Shown one piece after another: positions 10,229 to 18,968 of a stretch of DNA of 64,000 nt. The stretch comes from Candidatus Dojkabacteria bacterium (GTDB taxonomy: Bacteria; Patescibacteriota; Dojkabacteria; B142; JAFGMG01). The notes below the pieces were generated by a model. The model saw only the letters and a list, made by a program, of their open reading frames with translations. It was not told where the DNA came from and searched no databases. The position numbers and the translations under genes are program-made. Each line of letters begins with the position of its first letter. The first letter of the stretch is position 1. The stretch lies in NCBI GenBank assembly GCA_016927655.1, contig JAFGMG010000001.1:179599-243598 (forward strand). Direction: 5' to 3'.

Positions 10229-13200
10229 ATGTCTTTTATATTGCTTGCTGTTTTGGCATTCGGTCTGATACTTAATCCCCTGGTAACCCTGCCAGCAGGA
10301 GCAAGTCAAACGATCACCGCAGTTGGGACTGACAAACTTAAAAACCCGGATTATTATCCAAAAAAGACAGAGAATTTAATCGCTAAAACTACTGAAATTA
10401 TCGGGCTGGATTCAGAGATCACTCCAGCGCAGGTTTTTGAATTTGAAAAAGAAACATCCGGCTTCTATTTTACACTCAGAGCCGGAGAAAATTTCTCAGA
10501 GAGCAGTTTCAAGGTTGAATATCCTTCCGGAGAAATTTCAGACGAATATCTAATTCAAGAAAGTGACGTGTATTTTGGAGAAGATAGCTCAACCAGTTTA
10601 GGAAATAGAACTTCGGAATTATATTTATTCAATCAGGGAGTTACAAAAGTTTTGGTGTATTGCGGTTCAGATACCGAATTTGAAATCCATCAGATTGGTG
10701 AGCAAAACAACGACTTTGAAGATTCTCTTGGCCTAACGCAAATCAAAGCATTTAGCAGTACACCAGCCGAGACAACCTACAAAGAAGCGCTATTTAGCAA
10801 TATGGGCTTTAATATTATCACAAGAGAAGAATGGGGGGCACCAACAGAAAGCGGATGGGGACCGACAATTGCGGATGTAAATAGAATTGTGATTCATCAT
10901 ACCGCTACAAGTGTCGATATGAGCAATCCTAAAAATACTGTAAAAGCAATTTATGACTATCACAAAATAAGATGCAACAACAATATCGGCACCGCACCAA
11001 CATACTGCGACTATGCAGATACATGGCAGGATATTGGCTACAACTATTTGATCGATCCATATGGGAATGTCTACGAAGGCCGGGCAGGAGGCAATGGAGT
11101 TGTCGGCGCCCATGCTATTCCAAATACGGGAAGTATTGGTATTTCAATTTTGGGCGACTACAGCAATCAAGTACCAACCAGCGCTTCTTTGAATGCCTTA
11201 TCAACACTTATGGCAAGATTGAGTTTGATCAATAATTTTTCACTGACAAAAGGATCCAGTGTACTCGGACATAGAGATGTAAATGCAACGGCTTGTCCGG
11301 GGAATGCTTTTTATAGCAAACTAAGTACAGTTACAAGCAATGCAAATCAAATCAGAACTACTGCCTCTACAGCAAAAACAGCAAATACAAAGATCAACGA
11401 TTATCTTGCTCCAGAACGTGAATATATCAAAAAAGACGGAAAGACCCAGCTAATAGTTGATACGACAGGGCTTAGCCTAACTATGATCGAAAAGCTTTCT
11501 ACAGTATCTAGGGGGATTGATGAGATTACAGAAATTGATAATGGGCTGATTTATACTGTTGATGATGCGAAGGCTGATCAGGTAATTGGAGAGACATATG
11601 TTGCTGCCAGCAGTACCAAAATTCAGCCTGATTTTATATATAGGCTTGAATCCTGGGACAATACTGATCCGGATAGATCAATTCCAAGCGACTATGATGT
11701 CAGTACTCACTGGAACCTGGAAAAGACAAATACGCCAGAAGCCTGGAAAGACCTGGGAGGATGTACTGGCGATGATAGCTGCGGGGGAGATTCGAGTGTA
11801 ATAGTAGCAGTACTAGACACTGGAGTAGCTTATGAAGACTTTGATTTCGATGCCGGAGGGACATATTCTACTACCAAGTATTCCGGTTTATGGATTGATG
11901 TTCCTGGAGCTGCTGCAAATGGAACATACAATGAAGGCTACGACAGGCAATTTTATCAATTACCGGAACTCGCAGGAGTGAATTTTGTCGATCCATATGA
12001 CCCCGCGTGGGATTTGCTTTGCAGCATAAGAACAGGCGGCGGTGCCTGCAACGCAACCGAGCTTGCAAAAATTGATCATCCAAACGACGATAATGGCCAT
12101 GGTACTTTTGTGACAACGATTATTGCCGGAGATACCGGAGACACTGCACCTAATAAAGTTGTTGGAATTGCTCACAACGTATCTATAATGCCGGTAAAAG
12201 TTATGCTTCCAAATGATAGAAGTATGTGCCAGACAGCAGCAGGAGCACTTGATCTGACCTGCGCTGATTATCGATATGATTACCGTTCGGTTGGCACCAC
12301 ATCTACTATTGTTGCTGGGATCGAGCACGCGGTAGACAATGGCGCTGATGTGATCAACATGAGTCTTGGTGGAGAAGGAACAGATTCAGTAATGGAAGCC
12401 GCGGTTGATGCAGCTGTAGCTGCAGGTGCAATTGTAGTGGTCTCCTCAGGTAATGAAAATGATGATATAGCGAATTATTTCCCAGCTTCATTTAATAATG
12501 TAATTGCTGTCGGAGCAACAAACACAGATGATAGCAGATCCTCCTATACAAATTATGGAGAAGAGCTTGATATTTCTGCTCCAGTTGGCACTACGATTAG
12601 ATCTAGAACTTTGAATTGCTATCCAAGCGAAAATGACTGTTCTAACGAAGCAACGTTAGACTTTTCAGTGTTTTCGTCTGAATCGACACCAAAAACAAGC
12701 AGCGGGACAAGCTTTGCAGCGCCGCAGGTTAGTGCCGCAGTTGCCCTGCTGAAATCATATAAGCCATTTCTTAATTATGAAATGATAAAAGCACTTTTAT
12801 ATCAAAATTCTACAGATATAGGAACGGCAGGCAAAGACAATCTTACCGGCTGGGGATTATTAGATATAGAGGCATCGCTAATCGGAGCGGATTATGCATT
12901 TCCCGCATCAAGCAAATGGCATGATTGGTTTGCACCATACGGAGAAGTGCCCGAGGTTGGTGACTTCAATCATGACGGATATGATGACATTGTGACTTTC
13001 ACAAGCGATGGATGGGGCGACGTATGGATCGCCCTAAACAACAGTGGGACGGGCTTTAATACTTCTTCAAAATGGCATGACTGGTTCGCGCCATATGATG
13101 AGATCCCGGCAGTTGGAGATTTTAATGACGATGGATATGACGATATCATAACCTTTACAAGTGATGGGTGGGGCGATGTATGGGTCGCTCTTAATGATCA

Positions 13201-13834
13201 GGCCGGAGGGTTTGATACTGCCACAAAATGGCATGACTGGTTTGCACCATTTAATGAGATTCCAAGAATTGGAGATTTCAACGGAGATGGTTACGATGAT
13301 ATAGCAACCTTTACAAGTGATGGGTGGGGCGATGTATGGATTGCTCTTAATAATCAAACCGGAGGATTCAACACCGCAACCAAATGGCATGACTGGTTCG
13401 CACCTTTCGATGAAATACCGGCAGTTGGAGATTTTAATAATGACAGCTATGATGATATAGCAACTTTTACGAGCGATGGATGGGGCGATGTATGGGTCGC
13501 TCTTAATAGCCAGTCCAGTAGTTTTAATACATCTACAAAATGGCATGATTGGTTTGCCCCTTATGATGAGATCCCTGCAATCATGAATTTTGATGGCGAT
13601 ACAGATTTAGATATTGTTACCTTTACAAGTGACGGTTATGGGGATGTATGGCTTGCAACAAGTGATGGGGGGACTGGATTTAACCCATCACACCTTGCCC
13701 ATTACTGGTTTGCGCCATTTAATGAAATTCCTAAAGTCGGAGATTTTGACGGTGATGGGAAAGATGATCTAGCCACTTTTACCAACGACTCTAATTGGTG
13801 GGGAGACGTCTGGGTATCTATAAATCAGAACTAG
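10229..13834 (+). CDS. secreted multidomain cell-wall hydrolase: Amidase_2/PGRP domain + subtilisin-like S8 peptidase + 7x FG-GAP-like repeats
   Basis: Signal/TM MSFILLAVLAFGLILNPLVTLPAGASQ; the track ORF starts at 10160, and the ATG at 10229 gives a signal-peptide N-terminus. Amidase_2 motifs HHTAT...GYNYLID...GAHAIPNTGSIGISILGDY...LGHRDVNATACPG. S8 triad regions VAVLDTGV (Asp), HGTFVTTIIAG (His), GNE (oxyanion), GTSFAAPQVSAAVALL (Ser). Seven ~52-aa repeats KWHDWFAPYDEIPAVGDFNxDGYDDIxTFTSDGWGDVWxALN at the C-terminus. Confidence 0.8.
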   Translation: MSFILLAVLAFGLILNPLVTLPAGASQTITAVGTDKLKNPDYYPKKTENLIAKTTEIIGLDSEITPAQVFEFEKETSGFYFTLRAGENFSESSFKVEYPSGEISDEYLIQESDVYFGEDSSTSLGNRTSELYLFNQGVTKVLVYCGSDTEFEIHQIGEQNNDFEDSLGLTQIKAFSSTPAETTYKEALFSNMGFNIITREEWGAPTESGWGPTIADVNRIVIHHTATSVDMSNPKNTVKAIYDYHKIRCNNNIGTAPTYCDYADTWQDIGYNYLIDPYGNVYEGRAGGNGVVGAHAIPNTGSIGISILGDYSNQVPTSASLNALSTLMARLSLINNFSLTKGSSVLGHRDVNATACPGNAFYSKLSTVTSNANQIRTTASTAKTANTKINDYLAPEREYIKKDGKTQLIVDTTGLSLTMIEKLSTVSRGIDEITEIDNGLIYTVDDAKADQVIGETYVAASSTKIQPDFIYRLESWDNTDPDRSIPSDYDVSTHWNLEKTNTPEAWKDLGGCTGDDSCGGDSSVIVAVLDTGVAYEDFDFDAGGTYSTTKYSGLWIDVPGAAANGTYNEGYDRQFYQLPELAGVNFVDPYDPAWDLLCSIRTGGGACNATELAKIDHPNDDNGHGTFVTTIIAGDTGDTAPNKVVGIAHNVSIMPVKVMLPNDRSMCQTAAGALDLTCADYRYDYRSVGTTSTIVAGIEHAVDNGADVINMSLGGEGTDSVMEAAVDAAVAAGAIVVVSSGNENDDIANYFPASFNNVIAVGATNTDDSRSSYTNYGEELDISAPVGTTIRSRTLNCYPSENDCSNEATLDFSVFSSESTPKTSSGTSFAAPQVSAAVALLKSYKPFLNYEMIKALLYQNSTDIGTAGKDNLTGWGLLDIEASLIGADYAFPASSKWHDWFAPYGEVPEVGDFNHDGYDDIVTFTSDGWGDVWIALNNSGTGFNTSSKWHDWFAPYDEIPAVGDFNDDGYDDIITFTSDGWGDVWVALNDQAGGFDTATKWHDWFAPFNEIPRIGDFNGDGYDDIATFTSDGWGDVWIALNNQTGGFNTATKWHDWFAPFDEIPAVGDFNNDSYDDIATFTSDGWGDVWVALNSQSSSFNTSTKWHDWFAPYDEIPAIMNFDGDTDLDIVTFTSDGYGDVWLATSDGGTGFNPSHLAHYWFAPFNEIPKVGDFDGDGKDDLATFTNDSNWWGDVWVSINQN
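12910..13830 (+). repeat. seven tandem ~156-nt coding repeats (FG-GAP/VCBS-like, DxNxDGxDD Ca-binding-like motif)
   Basis: Direct reading. The unit starts (aaatggcatgaytggtt) recur at about 12913, 13069, 13225, 13381 and 13537, plus a diverged unit and a final unit. The repeat also produces the spurious antisense ORF 13067..13546. Confidence 0.8.
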
Positions 13835-13840
13835 CCTGCG

Positions 13841-14962
13841 ATGAAACCTATATACATCATTATTGGGACCAGAGCACAGTTAATAAAAATGGCTCCAATA
13901 ATGCAGCAGCTAGAGATCCGAGGAATTAAGTACGAATTTCTTTATACCCAGCAGCACAAGGTCACGATTGACGATCTGCTTCAAAATTTCTCTATTAAAA
14001 CTCCATATAGGCAAGTCATAAAACGAAAAAAAGAAGCGAAGACAATTAGACTCTTTGCCGGGTGGGCGTCTCAAATGCTCCTTGCCATGTTCAACCCATT
14101 TTCAAGAAGGCGACTATTAAGCAGCGGACGTGGATTGATTCTGACTCATGGAGATACTGCAACCGCTGCATGGGCAGCTATTTACGGGCAGACATCACTG
14201 TGCAAAGTAATGCACATCGAATCGGGTCTTCGCTCATATAATATCTTAAAGCCATTCCCGGAAGAGTTGATGCGCCTGATCACTTTCACATTCTCAAACT
14301 ATTATGTCTGCCCGAACGAATGGGCAAAAAACAACTTAAAATGGTTTCCAGGCAGGAAACTCAACGTCGGAGCGAATCAAATGTACGATGCACTTATGTA
14401 TGCTCTAAAAAAGATCCAGGAACCAACTTATAAATCAAAATTATCCAATCTAAAAATTCCTCCAAAATATGCAATAGTAAGTATTCATCGTTATGAGAAT
14501 ATTTTTAAAGCAGACGCATTTGAAAAGATCCTGCGCCTGCTTGAAAATATTGCAAAAAGTATTGATCTTGTGATTGTTTTACACCCAGTTACCGAGAAAC
14601 GCCTTAGACAAACTGGTAATTATATGCGATTAAAGAATAATGCCCAAATTACTCTCGTGCCAAGGTTGGATTTTTTGAGTTTTGTGGAGATTAATAAAAA
14701 TTCTGAATTTGTAATTACTGATGGCGGAAGCAATCAAGAAGAAATGAGTTATCTCGGTAAACCGACTTTACTTTTTAGAGATACTACTGAAAGGAAAGAG
14801 GGGTTAGGGGAAAATTCAATCCTTTCTAATTTTGACGAGGGGATTATTACCGATTTTGTTAGTTCGTATAAGAAATATGAGCGCCCAGCAAAAAATATCA
14901 CTCCCTCTCCAAGTCAACTGACCGTCGACTGGATAGAAGAGATCACCAGGGTAAATAAATAG
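13841..14962 (+). CDS. UDP-N-acetylglucosamine 2-epimerase-like (WecB family, divergent)
   Basis: IIGTRAQLIKMAP (cf. GTRPEAIKMAP), THGDTATAA (cf. VHGDTTTT), HIESGLRSYN (cf. HVEAGLR), PFPEELMR (cf. PWPEEANR), DGGSNQEEMSYLGKPTLLFRDTTERKEG (cf. [27 protein letters not shown]). Confidence 0.75.
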   Translation: MKPIYIIIGTRAQLIKMAPIMQQLEIRGIKYEFLYTQQHKVTIDDLLQNFSIKTPYRQVIKRKKEAKTIRLFAGWASQMLLAMFNPFSRRRLLSSGRGLILTHGDTATAAWAAIYGQTSLCKVMHIESGLRSYNILKPFPEELMRLITFTFSNYYVCPNEWAKNNLKWFPGRKLNVGANQMYDALMYALKKIQEPTYKSKLSNLKIPPKYAIVSIHRYENIFKADAFEKILRLLENIAKSIDLVIVLHPVTEKRLRQTGNYMRLKNNAQITLVPRLDFLSFVEINKNSEFVITDGGSNQEEMSYLGKPTLLFRDTTERKEGLGENSILSNFDEGIITDFVSSYKKYERPAKNITPSPSQLTVDWIEEITRVNK

Positions 14963-15012
14963 ACACTAATTTCTTTTTCAATTAGAATCAGCTAAGTTAT
15001 TAGACAATATTT

Positions 15013-15696
15013 ATGAATGTAATAATTCTTGCTGCAGGGATGGGAACTAGATTAGGCAGCCTTGTTCCAAAACCCCTTACTCCGCTTAAGAATGAAGAGA
15101 CAATCCTTGATTATCAGCTGAAAAATATTGCAAAATACGTTGATTTGGATAACGTCATTTTGGTAGTAGGATATAAGTTCTATTCAATTATCGAAAAATT
15201 CCCAAATCTAATGTATGTCTACAATCAAAGATACACTCAAACAAATACAGCAAAAAGTCTTCTTATGGCACTAAAGAAATGTAAAGACGGAGATACTATT
15301 TGGATGAATGGAGATGTTTATTTCGATCATAGAATTCTCCAGAAGCTTATGAAATCCAGAAGATCAACTCTAGCTGTAGATAACAAGAAGTGCTCAGATG
15401 AGGAAATTAAATACACTTTACATAAAGATGGTTTTATAAACGAACTCTCAAAAACAGTAAAAAAGCCTGTAGGCGAGGCACTTGGTATAAATCTTATCAA
15501 GGCAAAAGATACACAGACCTTCATAAACTCTCTTCAACGTGTAGAAGACACTGATTATTTTGAGAAGGCACTTGAAAACCTCACGACGAAAGGGAAGCTT
15601 CAACTAAAAGCTTTGAATGTTGAAAATTTGTATTGTAAAGAAATTGATTTTCCCGAAGATCTAGAAGAAGTTAAATCTCGCATTTCCCGAAAATGA
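15013..15696 (+). CDS. LicC-like sugar/alcohol-phosphate cytidylyltransferase (NTP_transferase fold)
   Basis: MNVIILAAGMGTRLGSLVPKPL, VVGY, and a length of 227 aa are collinear with CTP:phosphocholine cytidylyltransferase LicC-type enzymes. Confidence 0.65.
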   Translation: MNVIILAAGMGTRLGSLVPKPLTPLKNEETILDYQLKNIAKYVDLDNVILVVGYKFYSIIEKFPNLMYVYNQRYTQTNTAKSLLMALKKCKDGDTIWMNGDVYFDHRILQKLMKSRRSTLAVDNKKCSDEEIKYTLHKDGFINELSKTVKKPVGEALGINLIKAKDTQTFINSLQRVEDTDYFEKALENLTTKGKLQLKALNVENLYCKEIDFPEDLEEVKSRISRK

Positions 15697-16847
15697 AAAT
15701 AGATAAGCGAAACATCAAACATTGGCTGTATTTGATTGTAACCACCGTAAATATTTTTATTGGTTTAGCTCTACGAATCAAGCCCTCCCCGAGAAGAATC
15801 ATTTTATATGGTCACAAACTTAATGGGAACCTTCTGGCCTTTTATAAATACATAAAAGAGAACCAAAAGGATTACGAGATTTATTATCTGACAATGGATC
15901 CAGATTATTACAGGAATATTAGAGAAAAACACTCCGTTCTTCTCTGCTTGAAACCTGCCGATATGATTAAAGCTGCAAGAGCAAAATGCTTTGTCACTGA
16001 TCATGGACTTCACAGCTTAAGTATTTATAAAAAGTTCACAAATATAAAATTTTTCGATGTCTGGCATGGAATTCCATACAAAGGATTCGATCAGGATGAT
16101 TTTGCGCCGCTTCATAATTATGACCAGGTTTGGGTAAGCTCACCTTCTATGAAAAATATCTATGTGAGTAAATACGGTTTTAATGAAGAAAAAGTCAAAG
16201 TGACAGGATATGCTAGAACAGACCCTCTAGTAAATAATTTATACAACAGACAAGAAATCTTGAAGAAATATGGTTTATCCGGGTTCAAGAAGATCATTTT
16301 AATTGCGCCGACCTGGGCCCAAGATGATAAAGGCCGAAGCATTGTGCCCTTTGGTGTCCCAATTGATAAATTCTTCACTAGGCTGAATCTTGTCGCAAAA
16401 TCAGTTAATGCGCTAATAGTTTTTCGAGCTCACTTAAATTCAGCCGAAATCGCCAATCTTGGGCCCTTGAGCAACGTTAAAATTATGTCGTATCAAAAAT
16501 ACCCAATAGCAGAAGAATTTTTGTACATCGCCGATCTTTTAGTCAGCGATTGGTCCTCTATTGTCTTTGACTATTTAGTTCTTAGAAAACCCACAATCTT
16601 TCTGGACGTAAAAGCACCATTTGCAAAAGGATTCAGCTATGATGCCTCATACCGGTTTGGGGAAATAGTAGGAAGCATGACCGATCTGGAGCATGCACTG
16701 GAGAAATATTCAAAAAAGCCTGCAGAATTTAATAAAAAGTATGCAGGATTGATGCAGGATGTAAGCGATGAAGTATATAATATCTACGCTGACGGGAAGT
16801 CTGCTAAAAGATATTTTGAGAATTTAGCAAAATTGACTAATGCATAA
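15693..16847 (+). CDS. CDP-alcohol (CDP-glycerol/ribitol-type) phosphotransferase, TagB/TagF family
   Basis: ILIAPTWAQDDKG (cf. YAPTWR) and ADLLVSDWSSIVFDYLVLRKPTIFLD (cf. TDYSSVFFDF..KP.IF) are hallmark Glyphos_transf motifs. Overlaps the upstream gene (ATGA). Confidence 0.7.
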   Translation: MKIDKRNIKHWLYLIVTTVNIFIGLALRIKPSPRRIILYGHKLNGNLLAFYKYIKENQKDYEIYYLTMDPDYYRNIREKHSVLLCLKPADMIKAARAKCFVTDHGLHSLSIYKKFTNIKFFDVWHGIPYKGFDQDDFAPLHNYDQVWVSSPSMKNIYVSKYGFNEEKVKVTGYARTDPLVNNLYNRQEILKKYGLSGFKKIILIAPTWAQDDKGRSIVPFGVPIDKFFTRLNLVAKSVNALIVFRAHLNSAEIANLGPLSNVKIMSYQKYPIAEEFLYIADLLVSDWSSIVFDYLVLRKPTIFLDVKAPFAKGFSYDASYRFGEIVGSMTDLEHALEKYSKKPAEFNKKYAGLMQDVSDEVYNIYADGKSAKRYFENLAKLTNA

Positions 16848-18009
16848 AATAAAAGTAAAAATCCTCTATAGAAATTATAAACCAATTCACGCTACATATA
16901 CTTCTTTGCTAGAAAACCCTCCAGAAGGAGTTAATTATGTAATACCAAAGGTACGAAAAGATCTGAAACTTCTTCTTCCGATATACCGGAAGTTCGGGGA
17001 TATGCGGATAAGCAAAAAATTAATGCAATTTTTGCAGAGGCAGGTTTTTGAAAAAGGGAGGCTGGAAACTGATAATATAGATCTTTTGCACTATGTTCAG
17101 ATGCTCCCCAAAAAATTGCCTGACAAGCCTTTTATTATCGACATTGAACACGCTGCAGCGCTATTCAATTTTTCGAAATTCTCCCGAGAAGATATAAGCA
17201 ATCTAATCTCAACTCTGCAAACAGATCAATGTAAGCAGGTAATTGCCCTTAGCGAAGCAGCGAAACAGTCTATACTCAAATTGACCGGAAACGATTCTGT
17301 AATAAGTAAAAAGATTAGCGTAATATATCCAGCCGTAAAAAGATTTTATGAAGCGTACAATACTTCGATAAATTCCAACTACATAAAACCTGGCAACGGG
17401 CTAAATATACTTTTTGTTGGATCTCATCCAGCGAATAAGGGACTTTTTGAACTCCTTGAAACATTCAATCAACTACAAGAACTTGATCTAAACTTGCATA
17501 TAATTTCAAATGCCTCTAAAAAACTAATCTCTAAATTTACCAGTCCTAAAATACACTTCTATCCTTCAGAATTTGACCGCGAAGAAATTGTGAAAAGTTT
17601 TTATCTGCCTGCAGATGTATTTATTATGCCAACAAGAGGCGATACATTCGGAATGGCGTTTCTAGATGCACTTGCTTCAAAAACCCCCGTAATTACTACA
17701 AAGCAATACGCCTGCAAAGAAATCATTAAAGATGGCCAAAATGGTTTTCTAATCGATTCAGAAAATTTATATCTCGAGAAATATCCTATGCCCTCAAGAA
17801 AAATTGTAGAATCTTTCAGCAAGCGTAAGATCGAGGGGCTAGTGGTCGAACAGCTTGTTATTATTATCAAACGACTCTACAATGACAGAGAGCTATTGAA
17901 AGCAATGAGTGTAAACGCTCTTTTGGATTTTAGAAAAGGCGGTAAATTCTCAATAGAAAAAAGGAATGAGCAGCTAACTCATGTATATGAAAAAGCACTA
18001 AACTCATGA
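16840..18009 (+). CDS. GT4-family (GT-B) glycosyltransferase
   Basis: C-terminal EX7E-type region FIMPTRGDTFGMAFLDALASKTPVITT. 389 aa. Confidence 0.7.
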   Translation: MHKIKVKILYRNYKPIHATYTSLLENPPEGVNYVIPKVRKDLKLLLPIYRKFGDMRISKKLMQFLQRQVFEKGRLETDNIDLLHYVQMLPKKLPDKPFIIDIEHAAALFNFSKFSREDISNLISTLQTDQCKQVIALSEAAKQSILKLTGNDSVISKKISVIYPAVKRFYEAYNTSINSNYIKPGNGLNILFVGSHPANKGLFELLETFNQLQELDLNLHIISNASKKLISKFTSPKIHFYPSEFDREEIVKSFYLPADVFIMPTRGDTFGMAFLDALASKTPVITTKQYACKEIIKDGQNGFLIDSENLYLEKYPMPSRKIVESFSKRKIEGLVVEQLVIIIKRLYNDRELLKAMSVNALLDFRKGGKFSIEKRNEQLTHVYEKALNS

Positions 18010-18968
18010 AAAAATATTTAGGTACAATCCTTACGATATTCTTTTTGACAGTTTTTTGTATTTATTTTCTAGGGAATCTTTCGAAATTTAAGCCACTGCT
18101 TGATATTTCATTAGGCTCATTAGTTCTAATTGGGATTCTCAAAATCATAGTAATTTTTCTTAACGGCTTATTTATAAAAGTCACACTCAAATCTTTTGAT
18201 AAAATAATTACCCAACTTGAAACATTTTATATTTCCCTGCTATCTTCGATTGGAAACTATTTCACCCCAATGCAGGGAGGGGCTGGTATCCGGGCAGTAT
18301 ATTTAAAAAAGAAATTTAATCTTGCATATTCACATTTTCTATCAACCCTATCCGGAAATTACATAATTTCCTTTTTGATAAACTCACTAATCGGTTTGGT
18401 TAGTTTATTATTGGTTCACAAATACCAAGGACATTATTCAGGTGTGCTTTACGGATTTTTTATCGCATTATTTATTGTAACCCTGATTTTGAGTATTTTT
18501 AAAGTACCGCCAAAAATATTTCAGATCAATCTCAAGCTGAAGCCCCTAAACCGAATACTGAAAATAATCTTGATGATTGTCGAAGGCTGGAACCGGATTA
18601 TTGGCAACAAGACTTTTCTACTGCAGCTCATTTTCCTTACAATCGCGAATTTTTGTATTGGTCTATTTACTGTGTATTGGGAATTCCATATTTTTGGGAT
18701 AGAGACACATCTTTACAATCTGACATTGTATTCTGCCCTTGCCGGAGTGACATTATTGATCAGTCTTACCCCAGGCTCAATTGGTATTAGAGAAGGTGTT
18801 TTTATCTTTTCATCCACTCTTATTGGCATAACACATGAGGAAATCCTGCAAATAGCAGTTGTTGATCGAGGTGTTTTATTCTTTGTGCTTGTAGTTTCCT
18901 ACTTGCTAATAAAAATAGTCCCCGCACCCAAAAATATCCGGATGTTAATGAGAAGAAATGGTAAATAG
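18006..18968 (+). CDS. polytopic membrane protein, LPG-synthase-TM/flippase-like family (PF03706-like)
   Basis: About 8 predicted TM helices; the conserved motif LTPGSIGIREGVF resembles the PGGxGxxE motif of that family. Confidence 0.5.
   Translation: MKKYLGTILTIFFLTVFCIYFLGNLSKFKPLLDISLGSLVLIGILKIIVIFLNGLFIKVTLKSFDKIITQLETFYISLLSSIGNYFTPMQGGAGIRAVYLKKKFNLAYSHFLSTLSGNYIISFLINSLIGLVSLLLVHKYQGHYSGVLYGFFIALFIVTLILSIFKVPPKIFQINLKLKPLNRILKIILMIVEGWNRIIGNKTFLLQLIFLTIANFCIGLFTVYWEFHIFGIETHLYNLTLYSALAGVTLLISLTPGSIGIREGVFIFSSTLIGITHEEILQIAVVDRGVLFFVLVVSYLLIKIVPAPKNIRMLMRRNGK

Noticed and set aside
13067-13546. 159-aa antisense ORF with an internally repetitive sequence
   Set aside because: It lies entirely antisense to the seven FG-GAP-like coding repeats of the large hydrolase gene; its periodicity simply mirrors those repeats.
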